A DNA stretch of 64,000 nt from a virus, in IMG/VR virus record IMGVR_UViG_3300032294_003343, positions 105,184 to 169,183 of that record; one strand, given 5' to 3'. This document shows positions 21,046-30,132 of the stretch, in pieces (position 1 is the stretch's first letter; each line of letters begins with the position of its first letter). Made by a program: the position numbers and the translations under genes. The notes beneath the pieces were generated by a model. The model was not told the origin of the DNA and searched no databases. It saw nothing but the letters and a program-made list of their open reading frames with translations.

Positions 21046-21929
21046 AATCTTTAGTCAAAAATCATTTGCTTGAAAAAAAGGGCAAAGTTTATGGGCAATG
21101 TTTATCAGCTGTTGGATGGGTAGGCGGAACATTGCCAGAACTCTTTGAAGAAGATGGCATGGTTGATTTATCAATGGCTGATGTTGCTAATGGTGCAATA
21201 ACTGTTGGTGCTGCACTTGCAAACACAAGACCAATTTATGTCGTCCGATATCAAGGATTTCAATGGTACAACTGTGTTTCAATATTAAATTACGCAGCTA
21301 AAAGTAAGGATATTTGGAAAAGATCTTGTCCTGTATTAGTGAGAAGTGTTGCTATGGAAGGTGCAATTGGACCAGTTGCAGGTTCATCTCATCACTCTTT
21401 ATTTTATAGAATGCCAGGAATAAAAATTGTTTCTCCTATGACTCCAAATGAATACGAACATGCATACAATGAATTTATGAATGATGATGTTCCATATTAT
21501 TTTTCAGAACATAGAAAAAGTTTTGATAATGACAAAGACTTAGAAAACATCATTTATGAAGACGCTGACGTTGTGCTGATTCCATTTTCAGTGACAAGAT
21601 TTTCAGCTCAAAAAGCATCTGAAATTTTATTCAATCAAGGTATTAAATGCAATGTCTTGCACCAATTGTGGATAAAGCCATTGAAGTTTGATGATAATTT
21701 TTATAAAAATGCTTCTAACTGCAAATATGGTTGCATTGTGCTAGATGACGATTATACGTCAGGCATAATTGAATCTGTGGCATACAAATTAAGTAAAAAA
21801 ATAAATAAGCCTATAGAATGTATGGGTTTAGATGATAAAACTGCTGGTTTTGCTAAAGAACATGATAATTTGCCTCCAGATGAACATCAAATAGTAAAAA
21901 AAGTGATTGAAATGATTGGTAAAAGATAA
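21018..21929 (+). CDS. TPP-dependent dehydrogenase E1 beta/transketolase C-terminal-like subunit (copy 1)
   Basis: GAALANTRPI, MPGIKIVSPMTP, FSEHR, WIKPL. Confidence 0.8.
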   Translation: MAITLRETIKSLVKNHLLEKKGKVYGQCLSAVGWVGGTLPELFEEDGMVDLSMADVANGAITVGAALANTRPIYVVRYQGFQWYNCVSILNYAAKSKDIWKRSCPVLVRSVAMEGAIGPVAGSSHHSLFYRMPGIKIVSPMTPNEYEHAYNEFMNDDVPYYFSEHRKSFDNDKDLENIIYEDADVVLIPFSVTRFSAQKASEILFNQGIKCNVLHQLWIKPLKFDDNFYKNASNCKYGCIVLDDDYTSGIIESVAYKLSKKINKPIECMGLDDKTAGFAKEHDNLPPDEHQIVKKVIEMIGKR

Positions 21930-21938
21930 AATAAAGTT

Positions 21939-22934
21939 ATGAAAATATTAATTATTACCACAAAATGGGCTGCTGGTACAATGAAAAATGTATATTGTGC
22001 TACGCATAGATCTTTAGTTAGACCAGCTCAAGAGTTATTTAAGAATAATCCAGATGTAGATTTAGCAATCGAATATATCGAAGTAAATGAAATTTGGTCT
22101 GCAAAGCAGTTAAATGAGAGATTGCTCAGAAATGACTTTGATATTTGTGTTTTTTCGCCTTTTGAGAGCATAGTTCCATCTTTAGATACTACAAAAAAAC
22201 TTGGTAAAAAATTGTTCATTTGTGTATGGGATCAACTCAATGGAGCAACAAATAACAGAGCAGTTAACATGCGATTGTTCTTAAAAAATCCATACAATAA
22301 TGGTGTTGTCAATTTTGAACATTCTATGTGTGCATACTCGCAATATTGCAACATTTTAGTAGGCGGAAACTTATATGGACAAAAGTTTCCTAATATTTAC
22401 GCAGTTTACGAACCCATGGATACTACCGTTTTGTATCCTGTGCCAGAAGAAGAAAAATCACATGAATTAGCTTTCATTGGATCACTTTATGAATTTGAAA
22501 GACAGTGGTTTGTCAATAAACTTTTAGAGAAAAAATTTCCATTGCATGTGCTAGGTGGCAAAGGTGAATCAGAACAAAAACTCTCTTATAATGATTGGGC
22601 AAAGGTTAATAGAGAAACAAAAATCTCACTGAATTTCAATGGTAATTTTTGCATGGGCTGCCTTAAAGGAAGAGTGTGGGAAATTGCTGCTTGCAACAAT
22701 CTTATGATAGCAACTATACCTGATGTATACAAATTTCCCAATGGATCATGGTTTACAGAGGATGTTCACTATGTAAGTATTGATAAAGTCAATTACTTAG
22801 ATAAGATTAGATATTACCTTAATAATCCACAAAAAAGAATAGCTATTGCAAATGCTATGCATGAACACTGGAAGAATAATTACACAGCTGAAATTTGGTG
22901 GAATAATATATTCAATTGGTCCAAAAATGTTTAA
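21939..22934 (+). CDS. glycosyltransferase (GT-B, Glyco_trans_1_2/CgeB-like), paralog 2
   Basis: KKLGKKLF..VWD, TKISLNF, KGRVWEIAAC, KIRYYLNNP. Confidence 0.7.
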   Translation: MKILIITTKWAAGTMKNVYCATHRSLVRPAQELFKNNPDVDLAIEYIEVNEIWSAKQLNERLLRNDFDICVFSPFESIVPSLDTTKKLGKKLFICVWDQLNGATNNRAVNMRLFLKNPYNNGVVNFEHSMCAYSQYCNILVGGNLYGQKFPNIYAVYEPMDTTVLYPVPEEEKSHELAFIGSLYEFERQWFVNKLLEKKFPLHVLGGKGESEQKLSYNDWAKVNRETKISLNFNGNFCMGCLKGRVWEIAACNNLMIATIPDVYKFPNGSWFTEDVHYVSIDKVNYLDKIRYYLNNPQKRIAIANAMHEHWKNNYTAEIWWNNIFNWSKNV

Positions 22935-22997
22935 TTATAATATTTAATAATTATTGATAACTCGGATTTCCAACCAGACTTAAGAGACATATATAAA

Positions 22998-23603
22998 ATG
23001 AAAAACTATACTGAGCAAGAATTGATCGATTTTGAAACTGATATTGCAAACTGTTTCAACAATTTAATGATAAAGGCTGTAATCCATTTATCAAATGGAA
23101 ATGAAAAACAACTTATTGATATATTCAAAAATATCAATGAAGATGACTGGGTATTCTGTTCATGGAGATCACACTATCAGTGTTTATTGAAAGGTGTTCC
23201 TAGCGAAAAACTTAAGCAAGACATTATAGACGGTAAATCTATGGCTTTAAATTACCCAGAATATAAAGTGTATTCTTCTGCAATTGTAACAGGCAATATA
23301 CCAATTTCAGTTGGAGTGGCATTAGATATTAAGCGCAAAAATTTATCCAACCACGTTTGGTGTTTTGTTGGCGACATGACTTCAGAAACTGGCACATTTT
23401 TTGAAAATTGGAAGTTTGCTGTCAATCACGATTTACCAATCACCTTTGTTATAGAAGATAATAATAAATCTGTGTGTTCTGACACTAGAAAAGTATGGAA
23501 CACTGAAAAGTTATTCTTTGAAGAACCTAAACCAAAAGTTATATTCTTCAAATATGAATCAAAATATCCACATGCTGGAGCTGGAAAAAGGATACAGTTT
23601 TAA
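22998..23603 (+). CDS. compact TPP-dependent E1 alpha-like subunit (copy 2)
   Basis: IHLSNGNE, WRSHY, VGDM...IEDNN, YPHAG. Confidence 0.8.
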   Translation: MKNYTEQELIDFETDIANCFNNLMIKAVIHLSNGNEKQLIDIFKNINEDDWVFCSWRSHYQCLLKGVPSEKLKQDIIDGKSMALNYPEYKVYSSAIVTGNIPISVGVALDIKRKNLSNHVWCFVGDMTSETGTFFENWKFAVNHDLPITFVIEDNNKSVCSDTRKVWNTEKLFFEEPKPKVIFFKYESKYPHAGAGKRIQF

Positions 23604-24139
23604 TGAAATACGCAGATGAATTAAAAAGATCAATGGATTGGCTTGCTTCTAAAGAAGATACATTATTCTTGGGACAGGCAGTAGAATATCCAGGCACAGC
23701 GATGTCAAACACATTGAAAGATGTAAATCCAGAAAAATTATTAGAAGTACCAGTAGCTGAAGACATGCAAATGGGAATGACTCTAGGTTTAGCTTTAAAT
23801 GGCACTTTTCCTATTTCTTTTTTCCCCAGATGGAATTTCTTAATATTAGCAGCAAATCAATTAGTAAACCACATTGATAAAATCAAGATTATGTCTGATG
23901 GAAATTTTAAACCAAAAATTATCATTAGAACATCTATTGGTGCACAAAGACCACTTCACCCACAGCATCAACATATAGCTGATTACACAGCTGGTTTCAA
24001 GGCTATGTGTGACTTTGTTGATATCATCAGATTAGAAGAAGCACATCAAATTTTTGATGCTTATAAATATGCATATGAAAGAACTGATGGTAGACCAACA
24101 ATCTTGGTTGAATGGGGAGATTTCCTTAACGAAAAATGA
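23603..24139 (+). CDS. compact E1 beta/transketolase pyrimidine-binding subunit (copy 2, lacks C-terminal domain)
   Basis: FLGQAV, EVPVAEDMQMG, NQLVNH, HPQHQH. Confidence 0.8.
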   Translation: MKYADELKRSMDWLASKEDTLFLGQAVEYPGTAMSNTLKDVNPEKLLEVPVAEDMQMGMTLGLALNGTFPISFFPRWNFLILAANQLVNHIDKIKIMSDGNFKPKIIIRTSIGAQRPLHPQHQHIADYTAGFKAMCDFVDIIRLEEAHQIFDAYKYAYERTDGRPTILVEWGDFLNEK

Positions 24140-25107
24140 AAGTTTTAATCGTTGCTGATCATTTTAGAAACATTGAATCTCATGCTTATGCCTTTTTAGT
24201 AAGAAGCTTTGAGGGTGCTTTTATTGGCAATAATGAATATGAATTGCTGGTAAGACATATTGCACCTAATGAAATTTGGTCAGCTGAAGCATTGTCTAAA
24301 GTTTTATTAGAAACAGATTTTGATATTGCTGTTGTAAGTCCACTTTGGCACGTTCATGTTCAGCTTCATGTTGCCAAAAAGTTAGGCAAAAAACTTTTTA
24401 TTCAGTATTGGGATACACATTCTCCAATACATACTTCTTCTAGACTTACAAATTTTAAGATATTCTTGAAATCTATAACAGAATGCGGACATACATTTGT
24501 TCACACATGCAAAGAATATTCACAATATTGTAATGTATTAATAGCTGACTATGGAGATGGAGAATTTGAACCAAACATTTATTGTGTACCAACTCCTATA
24601 GATCCAAGAAAATTTTATCCAGTTCCTGAAGATGAAAAACAATATGATCTTTTATTTTTTGGACAGCTTTCTACCAATGAAAGAAAATTTTTTCTACCTG
24701 GCATTAAAAAAGCCAACCTGCCAATTACCATAAAAGGTGTTGACTCACAGCCAGATTGGGATGAATTTGCTGAAATTAACAGAAAAGCAAAAATTAGTTT
24801 AGTTCTTAATGCAAAAGCTTCAGGTGAGGGCCAAAGAAAAGGTAAAATTTATGAGGCAGCTGCTTGTAAAAATTTAGCTATTGTAACTCATCCCGAGGCC
24901 TACTATGATAGAGGAAAGCACATTTTTAAAGAAAATGTTCACTATGTTTCAATTGATAAACAAAACTATCGAGATAAAATTAAATACTATTTAGATAATC
25001 CTGAAGAAAGATTGAAGATTTCACAACAGTTATATGATTATTACATAGAAAATTACTCTGCTAAAGCATTTTGGTATAATATATTTAAGTACTCGAAAGA
25101 TAAATAA
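24136..25107 (+). CDS. glycosyltransferase (GT-B, Glyco_trans_1_2/CgeB-like), paralog 3
   Basis: KKLGKKLF..YWD, AKISL, KGKIYEAAAC, KIKYYLDNPEER. Confidence 0.7.
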   Translation: MKVLIVADHFRNIESHAYAFLVRSFEGAFIGNNEYELLVRHIAPNEIWSAEALSKVLLETDFDIAVVSPLWHVHVQLHVAKKLGKKLFIQYWDTHSPIHTSSRLTNFKIFLKSITECGHTFVHTCKEYSQYCNVLIADYGDGEFEPNIYCVPTPIDPRKFYPVPEDEKQYDLLFFGQLSTNERKFFLPGIKKANLPITIKGVDSQPDWDEFAEINRKAKISLVLNAKASGEGQRKGKIYEAAACKNLAIVTHPEAYYDRGKHIFKENVHYVSIDKQNYRDKIKYYLDNPEERLKISQQLYDYYIENYSAKAFWYNIFKYSKDK

Positions 25108-25108
25108 A

Positions 25109-26278
25109 ATGAATAAATTTTTCCTACCATTGATGAATGATAATATCGACAAAGAAGATGTAAATTCAGTGATTGAGTTTTTATCTCAAGATAATATTCC
25201 AAAGCTGACTAATGGACCAAAAGTTGTGGAATTTGAAAATGCATGGGGACAATGGTTAGGTACAAAATACAATTTGTTTGTAAATTCAGGTGCTTCTGCT
25301 AATGAATTAACAATGTTAGCTTTAGCTCACATTGTTGGTGAAGGCGAAATTATTGTCCCACCCTTAACTTGGATATCAGACATTTCTTCAGTTCTTTTTG
25401 CTGGTCATAAACTTGTATTTGTTGATGTCAATTTTACTAACTTATCATTTGATATAGATAAACTTAAAGAAGCAATTACACCAAATACAAAAGCCATATT
25501 TTTAACACACGTTTTGGGAATCAATGGCTTAACAGATGAGCTTATTGATATTTGCGAAAAGAATAATATCTTATTAATTGAAGATGTTTGTGAGTCCCAT
25601 GGTACAACCTTCCAAGGCTGCAAGGTTGGTAATTTTGGGTTTGCCAGTAATTTTAGTTTTTATTTTGCTCACCATATGTCAACAATTGAAGGTGGGATGA
25701 TTAGTACAAACAATTGGGAATTTTATCAAGTTTGTCGTGCCCTAAGATCTCATGGGATGACTAGAGAAATGACAAGTGATTCTATGAAAGTTTCTATTGC
25801 AATGGATAACCCTGATTTAAATCCTGATTTTATATTTTTACGTCCAGCTCACAATTTTAGAAGTACTGAAATTAATGCGGTTATAGGTTTATCGCAATTG
25901 CCAAAACTTGATGCAAAAAATCAAGAAAGAATTGATAATTTTGATTTATTTATATCGAATTTGGATTCTGAAAAGTATCATGTTGCTCTAAACACTGAAG
26001 GTAATTGTAATTACGCTTTTATTGTAATTCTAAAAGATGCTGATTTTTCAAAAAGAAATGAATTAGAGAAAAAATTACAAAACAACGGCATAGAATTTAG
26101 AAGAGGATTATCTGGTGGTGGTAATCAAATGAGACAGCCTTTTTTCAAGTCTGTTTACACTGATTTTTCAAATTTTCCAAATATTGAACATATTCATAAT
26201 TATTCATGGTATATCGGAAATTATCCAGGCTTAGAAAAAGAAAAAATTATAAAACTTCTTGAGGTTTTGAATGGCTAA
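25109..26278 (+). CDS. DegT/DnrJ-family PLP enzyme, ColD-like (NDP-4-keto-6-deoxyhexose 3-dehydratase)
   Basis: FVNSGASAN, EDVCESHG, FYFAHHMSTIEGG with His at the usual PLP-Lys position; no Fe-S Cys motif. Confidence 0.75.
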   Translation: MNKFFLPLMNDNIDKEDVNSVIEFLSQDNIPKLTNGPKVVEFENAWGQWLGTKYNLFVNSGASANELTMLALAHIVGEGEIIVPPLTWISDISSVLFAGHKLVFVDVNFTNLSFDIDKLKEAITPNTKAIFLTHVLGINGLTDELIDICEKNNILLIEDVCESHGTTFQGCKVGNFGFASNFSFYFAHHMSTIEGGMISTNNWEFYQVCRALRSHGMTREMTSDSMKVSIAMDNPDLNPDFIFLRPAHNFRSTEINAVIGLSQLPKLDAKNQERIDNFDLFISNLDSEKYHVALNTEGNCNYAFIVILKDADFSKRNELEKKLQNNGIEFRRGLSGGGNQMRQPFFKSVYTDFSNFPNIEHIHNYSWYIGNYPGLEKEKIIKLLEVLNG

Positions 26279-26780
26279 GGTTGAAGCTTTATCCAATGTT
26301 ATAATCAAACAAGTCGATAGCTTCCATGATCACAGAGGGCAGCTTTTTACTTTATGGGAAAAATCTGACTTTGACTTTTTAAATTTCAACCATGATAAAG
26401 TTGCAATTTCGCACAAAAATGTACTAAGGGGACTTCATACTGATAAATCTTGGAAGCTTATCACTTGCATTCATGGATCAATACAGTTAGTAGTTGCAAA
26501 TATTGATAAAAACAGTCAGGAATATTTAGACCATATAGATATCATCATAAATTCTGATGACAAAATTAAAACTTTTGTTCTTGTTCCACCTGGTTATGTA
26601 AATGGGCATCTCGTACTAAGTGATGAAGCTGTGTTTTATTACAAATGGTGTTACGAAGGTGAATACCCAGACATGAAAGATCAGTTGTCAGTAAATTGGG
26701 CAGATCCAAAGTTAGACATAAATTGGCTTACAGATGACCCAATACTTTCTGACAGAGATAAAAAGACCCGATTATTATGA
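26271..26780 (+). CDS. dTDP-4-dehydrorhamnose 3,5-epimerase family (RmlC-like)
   Basis: FHDHRG, VLRGLH, KLITC, PPGYVNGH, ILSDRD. Confidence 0.9.
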   Translation: MAKVEALSNVIIKQVDSFHDHRGQLFTLWEKSDFDFLNFNHDKVAISHKNVLRGLHTDKSWKLITCIHGSIQLVVANIDKNSQEYLDHIDIIINSDDKIKTFVLVPPGYVNGHLVLSDEAVFYYKWCYEGEYPDMKDQLSVNWADPKLDINWLTDDPILSDRDKKTRLL

Positions 26781-27547
26781 AAGAACTATATAAAGATATC
26801 AAAATATTAGTAATTGGCGACTCTTGTACTGATATTTTCACCTATGGAAATGTACTAAGACTTGCTCCAGAAGGGCCAGCTCCTGTTTTCAACCCTTTAT
26901 TTACTACAAATAATGGTGGTATGGCATTAAACGTAGCTGCAAATATTTCTGCTATTGGAGCTAATGTCAAGCTAATTACCCAAGATGAAAATATAACTAA
27001 AACTAGATATATAGACCAAAGAACTAATTCACTATTATTGAGGATAGATGAAAATGATACATCATCTAAAATTTCAAAACATATACTCAATAATTTAATA
27101 GATAATGTATATGAAGATGTCAAATATGATGCAATTATTGTAAGTGATTATTGTAAGGGTTTTTTATCAGAAGAAGATATAGAAACTATAGCTACTAGGA
27201 ATTCGAAAGTATTTTTAGATACAAAAAAGATCTTAGGCGAATGGTGCAATGATGTAACATTCATAAAAATTAATCATACTGAATATGATAAGACAAAGCA
27301 TACTATCGATTATTTAGGTTTGTACGGGAAGATGATTATAACAAGATCTGATGAAGGTTGTGAGTATGATCATTCAATTTTTCCAGTTGAAAAAGTAAAT
27401 ATCAAAGATGTTTCCGGCGCAGGAGATACATTTATTTCTGGACTTGTATGTGAATTTATCAGAACAAATAATATTGTTGAGGCGATAAAGTTTGCCCAAG
27501 AATGTGCTACTCAAGTAGTTCAAAAGAAGGGAGTTTGTACTATATGA
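26777..27547 (+). CDS. heptose-7-phosphate kinase-like PfkB carbohydrate kinase (HldE/RfaE domain I)
   Basis: LVIGD, RLAPEGPAPV, GGMALNVAAN, SDYCKG, DVSGAGDTF. Confidence 0.85.
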   Translation: MKELYKDIKILVIGDSCTDIFTYGNVLRLAPEGPAPVFNPLFTTNNGGMALNVAANISAIGANVKLITQDENITKTRYIDQRTNSLLLRIDENDTSSKISKHILNNLIDNVYEDVKYDAIIVSDYCKGFLSEEDIETIATRNSKVFLDTKKILGEWCNDVTFIKINHTEYDKTKHTIDYLGLYGKMIITRSDEGCEYDHSIFPVEKVNIKDVSGAGDTFISGLVCEFIRTNNIVEAIKFAQECATQVVQKKGVCTI

Positions 27548-27834
27548 ACATGAAAGAATATTATGCAATGTACTTAACTTTGCATCAAAACAAAATTTGC
27601 AGACGATTGCATGTCTTAGGACAGTTTATGACAATTATGTGGGTTGTAGGCTGTTTTCGTTTTGAATATTATTGGTTTTTATTATTGACACCATTTATTG
27701 TTTATCCGTTTGCTTGGTCTGGTCATTATTTCTTTGAGAAAAATAAGCCAGCTGCATTTAAGGATCCAGTTAAGGCTAAAATTAGCGATTGGATTATGCT
27801 ATTTGATATTCTTCGAGGCAAAGTACCATTCTAA
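27544..27834 (+). CDS. DUF962/Mpo1-like small membrane protein
   Basis: YLTLHQN..CRRLHVLG, FAWSGHYFFEKNKPAAF; start at ATGA overlap. Confidence 0.8.
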   Translation: MNMKEYYAMYLTLHQNKICRRLHVLGQFMTIMWVVGCFRFEYYWFLLLTPFIVYPFAWSGHYFFEKNKPAAFKDPVKAKISDWIMLFDILRGKVPF

Positions 27835-27861
27835 AAAAAAGAGGCTTGTAGCCTCTTTTTT
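27833..27861. terminator. bidirectional intrinsic terminator between convergent genes
   Basis: A-run + GAGGCT-TGT-AGCCTC + T-run. Confidence 0.8.
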
Positions 27862-29170
27862 ATTTGTCAAAAAAACTATCTAGAACTTCACCTATATAAT
27901 CAATTTGTTCTTCTGTTATAACTGGAGACGTTCCTAAAAAGAAAGTATCAGTGGTGACTTTTTTAGCAACTGGAAAGTCATTAAGATCCATATCGGCAAC
28001 TAAATGACTATAAGCTGGTTGCATCAAAATGTTTCCAGCAAAATATGGTCTAGTTTGAATTTTTTTAGATTCTAAATACTGACAAATATCACTTCTCTTA
28101 AAAGGTGCGTTATCTTTGACAGTTATTGGGAATGCAAACCAATTTACATCTGCATTCTTTTGTGCTACTGGAAGAACAAAATATTCTTCATACTTAGAAA
28201 ACTTTTCTGTTAATAATTTGTGATTTCTTTGACGTAAATTTTTAATTTCAGCAAGTTTATCAATTTGAGCTAACAACATACTGGCTTGAACTTCGATTGG
28301 TTTTAAGTTATAACCAATTTCTTCATAGACATATTTATGGTCAAATACTTCTCCTGGCATACTAGGTAGCCATTCTGAAAATCTTTGATTGCAAGCTCCA
28401 CATTCTGTAATATTTTGTTTACCAATACAAAAACATCCACGACCCCAATCACGAATAGAACGGATCACTCTTTCTAAATTATCATCATTACAAACAACTA
28501 ACCCGCCTTCTCCACAAGTAATATGATGAGCAGGATAGAAAGAACAAGAAGCCATAGTGCCGAAGCTGCCCAAAGGATTACCGTCGAATGATGAACCTAA
28601 AGCATCACAACAATCCTCAAGTAATATTAATCCATAATGATCAATAATATCTAATAATCTGTACATGTCAGGAGGATTTCCTAACACATGAGCAAATGTT
28701 ATGATTTTTATTTCTGGATCTGCCTGTAAAGTAGCTTCTACATCATCTAAATTTAAGTTTAAACCATCTAAAGAAATATCTACAAAAACAGGCTTGAAAC
28801 CACATTGAAAAATCGGGTTTATAGTAGTTGGAAAACCAGCAATAGGAGTAAGTACTTTAGTTCCTTCAGGTAAATTAAGATATCTTTTTGACTTCAAAGC
28901 TGACATCATGAGAAGATTTGAGCTACTACCTGAGTTAGTCAATAAAGCGTGGTTTTTACCGAATAGAGAGGCTAATTTTCTCTCTGCTTTATATGCTTCA
29001 GCTCCTAAAACTAACCAACCATCTAACAACGTAGAGACTGATCTAACAATTTCAGTATGATCAAAATAAGGACCAGCATAATGAACATGATCTTTGCCAG
29101 GTCTCCATTTTTTATTTGGTTCGCTTTTGATATAATCTTCAACTATTTTGAGCAATTCTTCTTTAGTCAT
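27860..29170 (-). CDS. rfbH: CDP-4-keto-6-deoxyglucose 3-dehydrase (RfbH/DdhC, E1)
   Basis: NSGSSSNL, EDCCDALGS, SFYPAHHITCGEGG, RDWGRGCFC...CGAC Fe-S motif, DHKYVY. Confidence 0.88.
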   Translation of the reverse strand: MTKEELLKIVEDYIKSEPNKKWRPGKDHVHYAGPYFDHTEIVRSVSTLLDGWLVLGAEAYKAERKLASLFGKNHALLTNSGSSSNLLMMSALKSKRYLNLPEGTKVLTPIAGFPTTINPIFQCGFKPVFVDISLDGLNLNLDDVEATLQADPEIKIITFAHVLGNPPDMYRLLDIIDHYGLILLEDCCDALGSSFDGNPLGSFGTMASCSFYPAHHITCGEGGLVVCNDDNLERVIRSIRDWGRGCFCIGKQNITECGACNQRFSEWLPSMPGEVFDHKYVYEEIGYNLKPIEVQASMLLAQIDKLAEIKNLRQRNHKLLTEKFSKYEEYFVLPVAQKNADVNWFAFPITVKDNAPFKRSDICQYLESKKIQTRPYFAGNILMQPAYSHLVADMDLNDFPVAKKVTTDTFFLGTSPVITEEQIDYIGEVLDSFFDK

Positions 29171-29195
29171 ACTATAATTTTACCACCATTAAAAT

Positions 29196-29229
29196 AAAAA
29201 AAGGAGAGGTATTTCTACCTCTCCTTTTT
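29196..29229 (-). terminator. intrinsic terminator after the major capsid gene
   Basis: AAGGAGAGGTA-GAAA-TACCTCTCCTT followed by a T-run on the minus strand. Confidence 0.85.
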
Positions 29230-29244
29230 ATGACTAGTTTAGAA

Positions 29245-30099
29245 TTAGCTTACGGTAATTCTTGAAACTGCATAGTCATTGATGAGAGCAAAACCGAGCT
29301 CTTCGTAAACAACCCATCCGAGTCTAAGTCTCTTTGGATCGTCTGCTGGGAGGACAGTGATGTCTTGGCGAACTGGCATTGCACCAACAAATTGAGCAGG
29401 TGCGAGAACGTAAACACTGTTCTTAGGAACCATTGTGGAAACGTGGATGTCAGCGGAATAGATGTGTCCGTAGAGACCAGTCATAAGGATGTCTCTTTGA
29501 GTTGCCTCATCGAAGAATTCCTTACCCCAGTTTCTGATATCCTTGTATCTTTGTGGGTGAAGAACAACCTTAGCACCGATCAACTCGTGCTCTTCAATGA
29601 GGGTCAACGCAAGGTTGACATTCTCAGGTTGGAGAGTACCAGAGACGGAAATTGCTTGGTCAGTTGGAACACCAGCGTTGATGACCTTGAAGACTTCTGT
29701 ATCTTCTTGTCTTTGGAGGGAGTCCTTAGCACGGACTTGAGCTCTATCGACAATGTAGAATCTTCTTTGGCGAATTTCGTTCAAGCGGATTTGTGGGTGT
29801 GCAGCTAATTCAACTGTAGGAACGAGAAGCTCTTCAGCCTCAACCTCAGCTGTTGGAACAGCACCACGCTTAGGAATGACGTATGACTTGACAGCAACGT
29901 CTCTCTCATAGCGAGCAAGAGCACCTTGTGGGAGCTCATCAACCATCAAAAGCTTGCGACCGATGGCTTGGTACATGAGGGAAGTCTTGATTGGCTCAAC
30001 CATTGCTTGTGCAAGAGCTGTGCGTCCCTCTGGAGTCTCGAGAGCCATTGCAATAATGGATTCTCTTTGCTCATTTGTGTTTCTCTTAATCATTGACAT
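29245..30099 (-). CDS. major capsid protein (HK97 fold, compact)
   Basis: 284 aa downstream of protease, scaffold and decoration genes; strong SD (AAGGAG); visibly higher GC with C-ending codons; strong terminator; IGRKLLMVDELPQG...GWVVYEELGF pattern. Confidence 0.8.
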   Translation of the reverse strand: MSMIKRNTNEQRESIIAMALETPEGRTALAQAMVEPIKTSLMYQAIGRKLLMVDELPQGALARYERDVAVKSYVIPKRGAVPTAEVEAEELLVPTVELAAHPQIRLNEIRQRRFYIVDRAQVRAKDSLQRQEDTEVFKVINAGVPTDQAISVSGTLQPENVNLALTLIEEHELIGAKVVLHPQRYKDIRNWGKEFFDEATQRDILMTGLYGHIYSADIHVSTMVPKNSVYVLAPAQFVGAMPVRQDITVLPADDPKRLRLGWVVYEELGFALINDYAVSRITVS

Positions 30100-30132
30100 T
30101 TGAATAATTCTCCTTTAAAAATTCTTTACCGA

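Noticed and set aside
20212-24139. Pyruvate dehydrogenase AMG
   Set aside because: No E2/E3 in the window, subunits truncated and divergent, embedded among sugar genes
29245-30099. Encapsulin/linocin nanocompartment gene
   Set aside because: Sits in a complete head module with decoration, scaffold, protease, portal and terminase
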